From NCBI GenBank assembly GCA_050874305.1, contig JBNMKL010000006.1, positions 1,651-65,650 on the forward strand: a DNA stretch of 64,000 nucleotides, written 5' to 3'. The notes under the pieces are model-generated. The model was given only the letters and a program-made list of their open reading frames with translations. It was not told where the DNA came from and did no database searches. This document shows, piece by piece, positions 45,144 to 55,289 of this stretch; position 1 is the stretch's first letter, and each line of letters begins with the position of its first letter. Source of the stretch: Lachnospira sp. GTDB taxonomy: Bacteria > Bacillota > Clostridia > Lachnospirales > Lachnospiraceae. The position numbers and the translations under genes are program-made.

Positions 45144-46730
45144 ATGTTATTTACAACACTATATTTCTTTGCATTTCTTGCGGCTGCGCTTATAGGTTAT
45201 TATGTGCTTCCTAAGAAGTACAGATGGATATGGCTTCTCATCGTAAGTTACGGATATTATTTCGTATCAAGCGTGAAATGTTCACTGTTCATGGTGTATG
45301 CTACTGCTGTTATTTACATATGTGGAATATTGCTCGACAAGGTAATTAAACAGTCACAGGAATATCTTGCCACTAACAAGGAAACAATAACAAGAGAAGA
45401 AAAGAAGGCATACAAAGAGACAGTAAAGAAGAAAAAGAGAGCTATACTTGCAGTGGCTTGCATACTTAACTTTGGAATGCTTGCAGTTGTTAAGTATACT
45501 AACTTTGCACTTGAAAATGTCAACGCGGTTATTTCGCATTTTGGAGCTAATCCAGTTCCTCTTGTTAAGTGGGCATTGCCTCTTGGTATATCGTTCTTTA
45601 CTTTCCAGTCTGTATCTTACATTATTGATGTATATCAGGGAAAGTATGAGGCAGAGAAGAATCCGTTCAAGCTGGGATTGTTCGTGTCATTCTTCCCACA
45701 GCTTCTTCAGGGACCTATCGGAAGATTTAACAGACTTGCACCACAGTTGTTTAATGGCAATTCACTTGATATAAAGAATCTCCAGTTCGGAGCACAGAGA
45801 ATTCTCTGGGGTATTGCCAAGAAGATAATTCTTGCCGACAGGGCAGCAGTTATTGTTAATGAAGTATTCAACAATTATGAAAGCTATGGCGGATTTATAT
45901 ATATATGGGCAGTTCTTATGTATTCTGTACAGTTATACATGGATTTCTCAGGTGGTATGGATATTGTTATAGGTGTAGCGCAGATGTTTGGCGTTACTAT
46001 GGATGAGAACTTCAGACAGCCATATTTCTCTAAGTCAATAGGCGAGTTCTGGAGAAGATGGCATATAACACTTGGAGCATGGATGAAGGATTATATATTC
46101 TATCCGATGTCTCTATCTAAGGGAATGAACAAGTTCAGCAAATGGGGAAGAAAGCATTTTGGTGATTTCGTTGGAAAGGCACTCCCTATATGTTTTGCTG
46201 ATATAGTTATATTCTTTGTAGTAGGTATATGGCATGGTGCTTCATGGAAGTATATAGCTTATGGTCTTTACAATGGTTTCATAATGGCGATATCAGCACT
46301 TCTTAAACCGGTGTATGAGAAGGGATTTAAGATAACACACATTAATCCTGAGAGTAAGCCATGGAAGGTTGTCCAGATAATAAGAACATTCATACTTACT
46401 AATATAGGCTGGTATTTTGATATGGGACTGTCATTCACAGTTGCTCTTATCATGATGAAATATTCAATTGTCAGCTTCTCATTCTCACAGTTTACGGATG
46501 GAAGCATGATGATGTTAGGACTTGGCATGCGTGATTATATAGTAATCGCAGTTGGATGCCTTGTAGTATTCGTTATCAGCATTATGAAAGAAAAGGGCAT
46601 TAACATCCGTGAATCACTGGCAGCAAAATCACTTCCAGTAAGATGGTTTGTGTACTATGCACTTATTATTATCATATTTATATTTGGTTACACTAATGGC
46701 GTTCAGTCATTTATATATGCAAACTTCTAA
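45144..46730 (+). CDS. MBOAT O-acyltransferase (AlgI/DltB family)
   Basis: LPLGISFFTFQ, FFPQLLQGPI, DFSG, ENFRQPY, EFWRRWHITLG.W..DYIF, GIWHG. Confidence 0.93.
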   Translation: MLFTTLYFFAFLAAALIGYYVLPKKYRWIWLLIVSYGYYFVSSVKCSLFMVYATAVIYICGILLDKVIKQSQEYLATNKETITREEKKAYKETVKKKKRAILAVACILNFGMLAVVKYTNFALENVNAVISHFGANPVPLVKWALPLGISFFTFQSVSYIIDVYQGKYEAEKNPFKLGLFVSFFPQLLQGPIGRFNRLAPQLFNGNSLDIKNLQFGAQRILWGIAKKIILADRAAVIVNEVFNNYESYGGFIYIWAVLMYSVQLYMDFSGGMDIVIGVAQMFGVTMDENFRQPYFSKSIGEFWRRWHITLGAWMKDYIFYPMSLSKGMNKFSKWGRKHFGDFVGKALPICFADIVIFFVVGIWHGASWKYIAYGLYNGFIMAISALLKPVYEKGFKITHINPESKPWKVVQIIRTFILTNIGWYFDMGLSFTVALIMMKYSIVSFSFSQFTDGSMMMLGLGMRDYIVIAVGCLVVFVISIMKEKGINIRESLAAKSLPVRWFVYYALIIIIFIFGYTNGVQSFIYANF

Positions 46731-46747
46731 AACAGGTGGAGGTCGTT

Positions 46748-47170
46748 ATGGCAGAAGAGAATAATATTAATATTGAGAATATAATGGAGCAGATAAAAAA
46801 TGATATATCTGCTAAGGGATATACTAATGACTTACTCAGCTTTGATGATGTAGTAGTTGATGTAAGTTCTATGAATGTAGTCAAGTTTGACCGTGTGAAG
46901 TTCAATGAAGACCTGTATGTTGCCAATCATGAGTGGGAGGTTAATCCATACAGACCACTCCAGGGTGGAAAGGTACGTGTTTTCTTTAGGAAGGTTATAA
47001 GAAAGCTTGTATATTTCTTCGTAGAGCCAATTGTTATGGCACAGGATGGCTTCAATGCTTCAATTGTAAGAATGATGAACCAGATGAGCTGCTATATAGA
47101 TGAGCAGAATAAAGAGATAGAGAGTCTTAAAGCTAAGATAAGCGAGCTTGAAGGAAAGTCAGACAAGTAA
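46748..47170 (+). CDS. Hypothetical protein with C-terminal coiled coil
   Basis: INIENIMEQIKNDI ... RKVIRKLVYFFVEPIV..QDGFNASIV ... heptad-rich tail. Confidence 0.7.
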   Translation: MAEENNINIENIMEQIKNDISAKGYTNDLLSFDDVVVDVSSMNVVKFDRVKFNEDLYVANHEWEVNPYRPLQGGKVRVFFRKVIRKLVYFFVEPIVMAQDGFNASIVRMMNQMSCYIDEQNKEIESLKAKISELEGKSDK

Positions 47171-47193
47171 TTACGCAGAGTTGAGGATTAGGT

Positions 47194-48270
47194 ATGAGAA
47201 TAATTCAGGTGTTATCAACTATAGCTAATGGTGATGCTGTAAGCAATGATGCAATAGCATTTGATAAGGTCATCAAAGAGATGGGATATTCGACAGGCGT
47301 ATATGCAGAGAGTATCGTGTCGAATGTTGAGCGCGGTGTTGCCAAGCCATTAGAGAAAATTGGAGAATTGAAAGAATCGGACATAATAATGTATCATTTT
47401 TCGACAGGAACGAAGCTTAATTATGATATAGCAGAATTCCCATGCAGAAAGATTCTTGTATATCATAATGTTACACCACCTGAATTTTTCAGGGGTAATG
47501 ATGACAGATTTGCTGACATATGTGAGTATGGTCTGGAGGGAGCTAAGTATCTTGCTGATAAGGTGGATTACTGTCTTGCTGTGTCAGAATTTAACAAGCA
47601 GGACTTGGTTAACATGGGATATAAGTGCAGGATAGATGTTCTTCCAATTGTAATACCTATGGACGATTATCATAAGAAGCCATCAAGGGAGTTTATGATA
47701 GACTATGGCAGTGATAACCGCACAAATGTGTTATTCACAGGAAGAATTGCACCTAACAAGAAACAGGAGAATGTAATAGCGGCATTTTACTATTACAGAA
47801 AGCTGTACAATAATAAGGCAAGACTTATACTTGCTGGTTCATACCGCGCAGAAGACCCATATTACTTAAGACTTGTGGATTATGTTACAAGGCTTGGAAT
47901 ACAGGATGATGTTGTGTTTACAGGACATATCAAGTTCAATGATATAATTGCCGCATATAAAGTGGCAGATGTGTTCTTATGCATGAGTGAGCATGAGGGA
48001 TTCTGTGTGCCGGTAGTTGAGGCCATGATGTTTCAGGTTCCAGTTGTGGCAAGGGCTGTGGCGGCAGTTCCAGAGACAATGAATTATAAGGGAATGTTGT
48101 TGGACAGCAGCGACCCTATAGTAGCGGCAGGATGCATTGATAAAGTTATAACAGATTCACATTTAAGAAAAACACTTGTGGAACTTGGCAATGCGAGAGT
48201 TAAAGATTTCCAGTATGAAAGAATTGCAGAGCAGTTAAAGAGATATATTACTGAATTTGTGCAAAGGTGA
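47194..48270 (+). CDS. GT4 glycosyltransferase
   Basis: GDAVSN, FTGRIAPNKKQE, MSEHEGFCVPVVEAM. Confidence 0.9.
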   Translation: MRIIQVLSTIANGDAVSNDAIAFDKVIKEMGYSTGVYAESIVSNVERGVAKPLEKIGELKESDIIMYHFSTGTKLNYDIAEFPCRKILVYHNVTPPEFFRGNDDRFADICEYGLEGAKYLADKVDYCLAVSEFNKQDLVNMGYKCRIDVLPIVIPMDDYHKKPSREFMIDYGSDNRTNVLFTGRIAPNKKQENVIAAFYYYRKLYNNKARLILAGSYRAEDPYYLRLVDYVTRLGIQDDVVFTGHIKFNDIIAAYKVADVFLCMSEHEGFCVPVVEAMMFQVPVVARAVAAVPETMNYKGMLLDSSDPIVAAGCIDKVITDSHLRKTLVELGNARVKDFQYERIAEQLKRYITEFVQR

Positions 48271-48276
48271 TAGCGT

Positions 48277-49455
48277 ATGAAAAAGATAGGATTTGTCATT
48301 CCGTGGTATCACAAGGATATCAGGGGTGGAGCAGAGCTTGAGCTTAAAGGAATAGTTACACAGCTTCACAAAAGAGGCGTGGAGTTAGAGATTCTTACGA
48401 CATGTGTCAAAGAATTTTCGGCTGACTGGACAGAGAATTATTTCAAGGAAGGCGTTGAGATAGTTGAGGGGATTCCAGTAAGAAGATTCAAGGTCAGAAA
48501 AGGCAACATGAAGGAATTTCATGCAATCAATGCCAGACTGATGCGTGGCGAGAGCATATCAATTGATGAAGAGCAGACATTTTTGCATGAGATGGTAAAC
48601 AGCCAGGACTTGTATGACTATATCAAGAACCACAGTGAGGAATACCACAAATTTGTCTATATCCCTTACATGTTCGGGCCAACATATTATGGAATCAAGG
48701 CGTGTCCGTTCAAATCAGTGCTTATATCATGTCTTCATGAGGAGTGTTATGCGTACTTCCGTTCATTCAGGGACGCATATGCCAATATGGCAGGAATTAT
48801 ATATCTGTCAAAACCGGAGCAGGAGATTGCAAGAAGATTATGGAAGTTGTCCAAGGTAAAAGAGACGGTTATGGGAGCTGGTGTCGATACAGGATTTGAG
48901 TATGATGCTGACAGATTCCGCAAGAAATATGATATAGATTATCCGTATATTTTGTATGCAGGAAGAAAAGATGAGGGCAAGAATATCTACACTCTTATTA
49001 AGTATTTCTGCGAATATAAGAAGCGCAATCCAAACCGTGATAAGTTAAAGCTTATAATGATTGGCGGCGGTGATGTCACAATTCCAGAGGAATTTAAGAA
49101 TGATATCATAGATATGGGATTCCTTGATATGCAGGATAAGTTTGATGCGTATGCAGGTGCGGAGCTTCTGTGCCAGCCATCACTGCATGAGAGCTTCTCG
49201 CTTGTTATTATGGAGAGCTGGCTATGTGAAAGACCGGTGCTTGTCCATGAGGGCTGTGCAGTGACAACTAATTTTGCCAGAGAGTCTAATGCGGGATTGT
49301 ATTTCAGGGATTATTTCCAGTTTGAGGGCTGTGTTGATTACATTCTTGATAATGAATCAATAGCACATCAGATGGGACTTAATGGACGAAAGTATGTACT
49401 TGATAACTTCACATGGGATATTGTGATTGATAAATTTATGAAAGCGATTGGATAA
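48277..49455 (+). CDS. GT4 glycosyltransferase
   Basis: GGAE, YAGRKDEGK, QPSLHESFSLVIMESW. Confidence 0.9.
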   Translation: MKKIGFVIPWYHKDIRGGAELELKGIVTQLHKRGVELEILTTCVKEFSADWTENYFKEGVEIVEGIPVRRFKVRKGNMKEFHAINARLMRGESISIDEEQTFLHEMVNSQDLYDYIKNHSEEYHKFVYIPYMFGPTYYGIKACPFKSVLISCLHEECYAYFRSFRDAYANMAGIIYLSKPEQEIARRLWKLSKVKETVMGAGVDTGFEYDADRFRKKYDIDYPYILYAGRKDEGKNIYTLIKYFCEYKKRNPNRDKLKLIMIGGGDVTIPEEFKNDIIDMGFLDMQDKFDAYAGAELLCQPSLHESFSLVIMESWLCERPVLVHEGCAVTTNFARESNAGLYFRDYFQFEGCVDYILDNESIAHQMGLNGRKYVLDNFTWDIVIDKFMKAIG

Positions 49456-49459
49456 GAAT

Positions 49460-50653
49460 ATGAAGAAGAAAATTGCTATTATTAACCAGAGATATGGACT
49501 TGAAGTAAATGGTGGTTCAGAGCTTTACTCAAGACAGATTGCAGAGAGACTTATTGCCAAGTACGATGTGGAAGTGTTAACTTCATGTGCTGTTGAATAT
49601 GTCAAATGGTCTAACTATTACAAAGAGGGCGTTGAGACAATCAACGGCGTAACAGTAAGAAGATTTAAGACAGTTCATGAGAGAATTCCTAAGATATTCT
49701 CAGCACTTGATTCATATATGCTCTCTAACCCGGATGCAGATGTTGAGACATCTGATAAATGGATAGAGAATATGGGACCATATTGCCCAGAGCTTGTTGA
49801 ATATGTAGACGAGCATCAGGATGAGTATGAGGCGATTATTGTAGTCACATACCTTTATTATACTGCTGTTAAGAGCATAGTAAGAATTAAGGATAAGGCT
49901 ATATTTATCCCTACAGCACATCAGGAGCCATTCATACATTTTGATATGTATAAGAAGGTGTTCGGGGCAGCAGATGCCTTTGTATTCCTCACTGATGAGG
50001 AGAAAGACCTTGTACATGCAATCTTCCACAACGAAGATGTTCCATATGAGGTTATGGGTGTCGGCGTAGATGTGCCAGCACAGGTGGACAGTGAGCGTTT
50101 CAAGAAGAAATATAATCTTGATGAGTATATTATATATGTAGGACGAATTGATGAGGGTAAGGACTGTCCAAGACTTTTCAAGTATTTCCTTGAGTATAAG
50201 AAGAGAAATAAGAATAATTTAAAGCTTGTTCTTATGGGAAAGGCTGTGTGTGATATCCCTAAGAGTCCTGACATTATAAGTCTTGGATTTGTGAGTGATG
50301 AGGATAAGTTTGATGGAATCAAGGGCGCAAAAGCGCTTATACTTCCATCTAAATTTGAGAGCCTTTCAATATCAGTTCTTGAGGCAATGACACTCTCGAT
50401 TCCTGTTATTGTTAATGGTATATGTGATGTATTAAAGGGACACTGTGTTAAAAGCAATGGTGGTCTTTATTACAAGAATTATTTTGAATTCGAAGGATGT
50501 GTTAATTATATGCTTGAACATCCAGAGGAATACGAGATGCTTTGTGCTAATGCACGAAAATATGTTGAAGACTACTTCCAGTGGGACGATATCATGAAGA
50601 AATTTGACAGAATTATTGAGAGAGTGGGAAATTCATCGCATGACAAAGATTGA
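49460..50653 (+). CDS. GT4 glycosyltransferase (paralog of 48277-49455)
   Basis: GGSE, YVGRIDEGK, LPSKFESLSISVLEAM. Confidence 0.9.
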   Translation: MKKKIAIINQRYGLEVNGGSELYSRQIAERLIAKYDVEVLTSCAVEYVKWSNYYKEGVETINGVTVRRFKTVHERIPKIFSALDSYMLSNPDADVETSDKWIENMGPYCPELVEYVDEHQDEYEAIIVVTYLYYTAVKSIVRIKDKAIFIPTAHQEPFIHFDMYKKVFGAADAFVFLTDEEKDLVHAIFHNEDVPYEVMGVGVDVPAQVDSERFKKKYNLDEYIIYVGRIDEGKDCPRLFKYFLEYKKRNKNNLKLVLMGKAVCDIPKSPDIISLGFVSDEDKFDGIKGAKALILPSKFESLSISVLEAMTLSIPVIVNGICDVLKGHCVKSNGGLYYKNYFEFEGCVNYMLEHPEEYEMLCANARKYVEDYFQWDDIMKKFDRIIERVGNSSHDKD

Positions 50654-52439
50654 TTATAAGAAATATATAATGTGGGCGGCAATTGCAGTATTATATGTGT
50701 TGTGCTTTAAGATAGTTATACAGAGTGGATATATGTTTGATGACATGTGGACATATATAGACAAGGGTGTAGCCATAAGCAATGATACAAGTGTAACACA
50801 GATGGTATTAGAGAGCATACACAGATGGGCTTCGTCGTATGGAAGAATACTTATATTTTCATTTTACTGCGAGTTTGCATTATGTTATCTGCCTCTTGTT
50901 GTATACAAGGGATTGATAGTTGCCGCCATGTTTCTTGATGGATTAGTTCTCGCAGGCATTATTAAAGAACTTACAGGCTCTAAGAGGTTATCATATCTTA
51001 CAGTTATTATATTTCCGGCAGTGCTGTCAATGAGAGCAACGTATTACACAGGAGTATATGGATTTCATGGGCTGGTACAGTTATGTCTGCTGCTTGTGCT
51101 CAGTGCAGTATATTGTTACATAAGATATCGTAAGACGGAAAAGACAGCGTATCAGGTGGCAAGCTGTGTTTTCTGGTTTATGGCACTTGGAATGTATGAG
51201 GTGTCATATGTTTTGTGTGTATGCTTTATAGTTGCTCTTATATGTATTGATGGATGGGATTATGTGAAAAATAATTTCTGGAAATCAATTAAGACAGGAC
51301 TTCCACAGATAATAATAATGATTTTCTGGGTGGTTGCCAATGTTATAGCAAGAATGCTTGCAACTGGCGATTATGATGGAGCTACCCCAAGTTTTTCAAT
51401 AAGTAAGATAATAATTACATTTATTAAACAGTGTTCAGGTGCACTTGGATTCGGTGCTGCACTGGCTGATTGGAAAAATCAGGAGCCGGGATTCTGGAAA
51501 GAATATATATCTGAGTATGTAGGAATTATACAGATATTGACATATGTGCTGGTGTTTGCAGCTTTAATATATGTATTACTAAGATTAAAAGATGTATCGG
51601 TTAATAAGCTTTCGTCAATGTTCTGGATGGGTGCACTTCTTGTTGTGATGCCATCGCTGCTTATAAGTGTGTCTGTCAAGTATCAGAAGGAAGTTGACTG
51701 GTTTCAGGGATACATTCCATCATACTTCGGAAGCTGGGGGTTTGCCCTGATAGCTGCAACGGCGGTTGTTATGATTGGAAAGAAAATTGTTAATTCTAAA
51801 GCATTTATATGCTTTAATGTTGCGGCGGCACTTGTATTTACAGGAATATTCGCATTTGACAATATTGTTGGTGCTTATTCGGTTGAAGATGTCAATATGT
51901 TCTATCAGAATGATGTTGACACAATGCTTGACAGCATAGATTCGGGTATGTTTGATGCTATAGGAGAGGATGAATATTTTCTTGATACATCATATTCAAC
52001 ATACACACTTGATGGAGATTATACCAACAGGGCGTACACAACGTGGCTTGGAAGGAAATGCAAGGCGCGTGGCTGGGATGATATATACGCAGATAAAGGC
52101 AATACAGCAGCATTAAATGATGAATACACCAGAATGAAGAATAAGGGATTTAAGGTCGTTAATCATCTCGCCAAATGGTATGTTGTTATGGCAGATTGCA
52201 ATAATCTGGAATTAAAACTTGGAAATGAAGGATATGAGTACAAGGCGTATGTATCAGGAATGGATATGTTTGTTTATGATTATTCCCCAGATACATTTAC
52301 ATGCAAAGATATCAATGGCGGCAGAATAAGAGTTAATCTGTCAGATGGAAATGTTGTTAGGACAGGCCGGTATGGCAGTGTATATCATTTTGATTTTTCA
52401 AATGATATTGATATTAGTTCTATTGTTATAGGTGAGTAA
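50640..52439 (+). CDS. Multi-pass membrane protein, GT-C-like
   Basis: N-terminal TM followed by FDD acidic loop, ~11 TMs, soluble C-terminal domain. Confidence 0.55.
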   Translation: MTKIDYKKYIMWAAIAVLYVLCFKIVIQSGYMFDDMWTYIDKGVAISNDTSVTQMVLESIHRWASSYGRILIFSFYCEFALCYLPLVVYKGLIVAAMFLDGLVLAGIIKELTGSKRLSYLTVIIFPAVLSMRATYYTGVYGFHGLVQLCLLLVLSAVYCYIRYRKTEKTAYQVASCVFWFMALGMYEVSYVLCVCFIVALICIDGWDYVKNNFWKSIKTGLPQIIIMIFWVVANVIARMLATGDYDGATPSFSISKIIITFIKQCSGALGFGAALADWKNQEPGFWKEYISEYVGIIQILTYVLVFAALIYVLLRLKDVSVNKLSSMFWMGALLVVMPSLLISVSVKYQKEVDWFQGYIPSYFGSWGFALIAATAVVMIGKKIVNSKAFICFNVAAALVFTGIFAFDNIVGAYSVEDVNMFYQNDVDTMLDSIDSGMFDAIGEDEYFLDTSYSTYTLDGDYTNRAYTTWLGRKCKARGWDDIYADKGNTAALNDEYTRMKNKGFKVVNHLAKWYVVMADCNNLELKLGNEGYEYKAYVSGMDMFVYDYSPDTFTCKDINGGRIRVNLSDGNVVRTGRYGSVYHFDFSNDIDISSIVIGE

Positions 52440-52453
52440 AGAAAGGGTTGCAT

Positions 52454-54244
52454 ATGAAGGCAGAGTTATCAAAACATTTTAAGAACAGATGGCAGGATTA
52501 CTGCAGCTTTTTACTAATGATAATAATAATCTTTGGAATGATGTATCATCTTATGGGACTAAAGGATTTTGAACTTGATATTCCAATGTCATACTTTGGC
52601 GGTGATGATATGGGAGTTCTTGTTAATGCAAAGCAGTTTACTGAACAGTTCTGGAATATGACAAGTGACAGGCTTGGAGTACCATACACTGTGCAGTATT
52701 ATGATTTTACATCATCAATGATGCACAATGTCGGACTTGCAGTTATGAAGGTATTTGCTGTTATAACAGGTAATGCGGCAGCAGCCATGAATCTTACTTA
52801 TCTGTCTATTTTCTTCATTGCTGGTATAATTTCATATTTTGTTATGAGAAATATAAAGATAAACTGCTGGATAGCAAGCCTTGCATCATCAGTATTTGCA
52901 TTGTCTCCATATATGCTCTATAGAAATATAGGGCATATAGTGCTTGCAGAATGTTATTTTGTGCCATTATCAATTCTTATATGTCTTTGGATATATGAAA
53001 GAGATGATGTGTTAGTACTTGATAAGAATTTCTTCAAGAGAAAGATTAATTATGTTGTACTTTTTTTTACATTCCTTATAGCTAACAATGGTATAGCATA
53101 TTATCCATTCTTTACATGCTTTATATTTATGGTGACAGCAGTTTCCAAGTTTATAAAGACAGGTAAGATAAAGCAGGGACTCCGCGGTGTCATTGCAACA
53201 GTTATGGTATGTTTCTTTGTAGTGTTAAGTATACTGCCAGGTAAGATATATACAATGATTAATGGCACGAATGCAGCGGCGATTGACCGTTCAGGCTTTG
53301 AGCAGGCTGAACTGTATGGATTAAAGATTGCACAGTTGTTCATGCCTGTAAATGGACATGGAATCTATGATAAGTATATTGATATATATAATGAAACAGC
53401 ATTTCTTGTAAATGAGAATTCAACAGCATATCTTGGAATCCTTGGAATGATAGGTTTTATAGCACTTATATTATGTCTTTTTACAAAGAAAGACAGCGCA
53501 TTGTCAAAAAGACTAGGATATCTTTCTGAACTTAATATAACCATGGTTCTGCTTGGAACTATAGGTGGTATTGGGGCGATGTTTGCGTTTTTTGTAAGTC
53601 CTATGTTACGAGGTTATAACAGAATCTCGATATTCATAGAATATGCATCTATTCTTGCTATGGCGGTTCTGCTTGATGCATGGGTAGACAGATTGAAGAA
53701 TAAATGTAAGGCTGCCGCAAAAAATGTTGGAAGACAGATTGTGTTATATGGCGTGTATGCTGTATTTGGTCTCGTGTGCGTATTCAGCATATGGGAGGGT
53801 TGTCCTAATCTTGCAACACCTGATTATGCGACTATCAAGGAAGAATATACAAGTGATGACAATTTTGTGAAGTCTATAGAAAGTTCAGTCCCAGCAGGCT
53901 CGATGATATATCAGCTTCCATATCATGAGTACCCGGAGTATGGTCCAGTCAATGATATGTGGGATTATCATCTGTATGTAGGATATGTTCATTCTGATAC
54001 CCTCAGATGGAGTTATGGCTCAATTAAAGGGCGTTCAGAGGATGCATGGAACAAGAGTGTGTCAGAGATGGATTATGACAATATGGTTTCATATCTAAAA
54101 GAACAGGGATTTGCAGGGATATATGTAGATAAAAGGGCTTATCTGGACGATGAATTCGCAGAATTAAAGAGCGGTTTAGAGAGTGCAGCAAGAGCTTCAT
54201 TTACAAGTAGTGCCAATGGAAATCTTTGGTTTGTAAAGTTCTGA
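52454..54244 (+). CDS. Multi-pass membrane protein, GT-C/YfhO-like
   Basis: GGDD loop after first TM, FALSPY, many TMs, extracellular C-terminal domain (YQLPY, RWSYG). Confidence 0.55.
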   Translation: MKAELSKHFKNRWQDYCSFLLMIIIIFGMMYHLMGLKDFELDIPMSYFGGDDMGVLVNAKQFTEQFWNMTSDRLGVPYTVQYYDFTSSMMHNVGLAVMKVFAVITGNAAAAMNLTYLSIFFIAGIISYFVMRNIKINCWIASLASSVFALSPYMLYRNIGHIVLAECYFVPLSILICLWIYERDDVLVLDKNFFKRKINYVVLFFTFLIANNGIAYYPFFTCFIFMVTAVSKFIKTGKIKQGLRGVIATVMVCFFVVLSILPGKIYTMINGTNAAAIDRSGFEQAELYGLKIAQLFMPVNGHGIYDKYIDIYNETAFLVNENSTAYLGILGMIGFIALILCLFTKKDSALSKRLGYLSELNITMVLLGTIGGIGAMFAFFVSPMLRGYNRISIFIEYASILAMAVLLDAWVDRLKNKCKAAAKNVGRQIVLYGVYAVFGLVCVFSIWEGCPNLATPDYATIKEEYTSDDNFVKSIESSVPAGSMIYQLPYHEYPEYGPVNDMWDYHLYVGYVHSDTLRWSYGSIKGRSEDAWNKSVSEMDYDNMVSYLKEQGFAGIYVDKRAYLDDEFAELKSGLESAARASFTSSANGNLWFVKF

Positions 54245-54252
54245 TAACAGTG

Positions 54253-54281
54253 TTGACACTTATTTGATTTAAGAGTAATAT
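54253..54281 (+). promoter_or_regulatory. Sigma-A promoter upstream of licD
   Basis: TTGACA-17 bp-TAATAT. Confidence 0.55.
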
Positions 54282-54289
54282 ATTTGTGA

Positions 54290-54339
54290 AAAATGTGTGA
54301 AAAATGTTAATGACATGTAAATTTTTCGCACATTTTTTT
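54290..54339 (+). terminator. Terminator-like hairpin between the GT-C gene and licD
   Basis: AAAATGTGTGAAAAAT / ATTTTTCGCACATTTT plus T-run. Confidence 0.6.
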
Positions 54340-54427
54340 ATTGCTTGGATATTTATGATTAATTTATATACAACAGTATGGTTAAAAGGTTTGAAAAGAA
54401 CACAAGATAATTGAGGGGTATGTCAGG

Positions 54428-55249
54428 ATGAACGAGAATTTAAAGAAAGCACAGGATTCTAACAGATACACAATGAGAAAGCTTCATGAGGTGTGTCACA
54501 AGTATGGAATAAGATATTACTATGATTCAGGCGCACTTATTGGTGCAATAAGACATAAGTCATTCATTCCTTGGGATGACGATATTGATGTGGCATTCAC
54601 AAGGGAAGAGTATAACAAGATAATGGCGCTTCCAGCAGAGGTATGGGGCGATGATTTTAAGCTTGTTACAAGCAGACAGCTTACACCAGGTGGATTTCTT
54701 GATGTTGTCACAAGACTTATCAATGTGAGGGATGAAGTGCCATTAAAGACATATGATAAGTGCATTAAGAAGTTAAAACCAGAATTCAAGGATAGAATAG
54801 GAATAGATTTCTTTATTCTTGACAATGCATATGACAGCGCTTTCAAGCAGAAGCTGCTTAGAATGAGACTTACATTCGTGTACGGACTTGCTATGGGACA
54901 TAGAGACTATATTGACCTTTCAGAGTACAGTGGTGTATCTAAGGCTGTTGTCGGTGTGCTTGCAGTTCTCGGTAAGTGTTTCAGCCTTAACTACCTTTAT
55001 AACAGATATGACAAGATAAGCACATCTGTTAAGGGTGAGACTGGCAGATATTTTTACAGCAATTATCCAATCAACCTTATAGGCATTGATGTTAAAAAGG
55101 AATGGTTCAGGGATGTTGTAGAAGTGTCTGTTGATGATGATATGTTTGATGCACCGATAGATTACGATAATGTGCTTAAAGCAGCATATGGCGATTATAT
55201 GCAGCTTCCACCAGTTGAGAAGCAGATTCCGGATCATGTTCTTATATAG
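54428..55249 (+). CDS. licD: LicD-family phosphotransferase
   Basis: YYDSGALIGAIRHKSFIPWDDDIDV, IDFF.LD, YGDYMQLPP. Confidence 0.9.
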   Translation: MNENLKKAQDSNRYTMRKLHEVCHKYGIRYYYDSGALIGAIRHKSFIPWDDDIDVAFTREEYNKIMALPAEVWGDDFKLVTSRQLTPGGFLDVVTRLINVRDEVPLKTYDKCIKKLKPEFKDRIGIDFFILDNAYDSAFKQKLLRMRLTFVYGLAMGHRDYIDLSEYSGVSKAVVGVLAVLGKCFSLNYLYNRYDKISTSVKGETGRYFYSNYPINLIGIDVKKEWFRDVVEVSVDDDMFDAPIDYDNVLKAAYGDYMQLPPVEKQIPDHVLI

Positions 55250-55289
55250 TTTTGATATGGCATGTTAATAACCAGCCATAGGAGAATTT

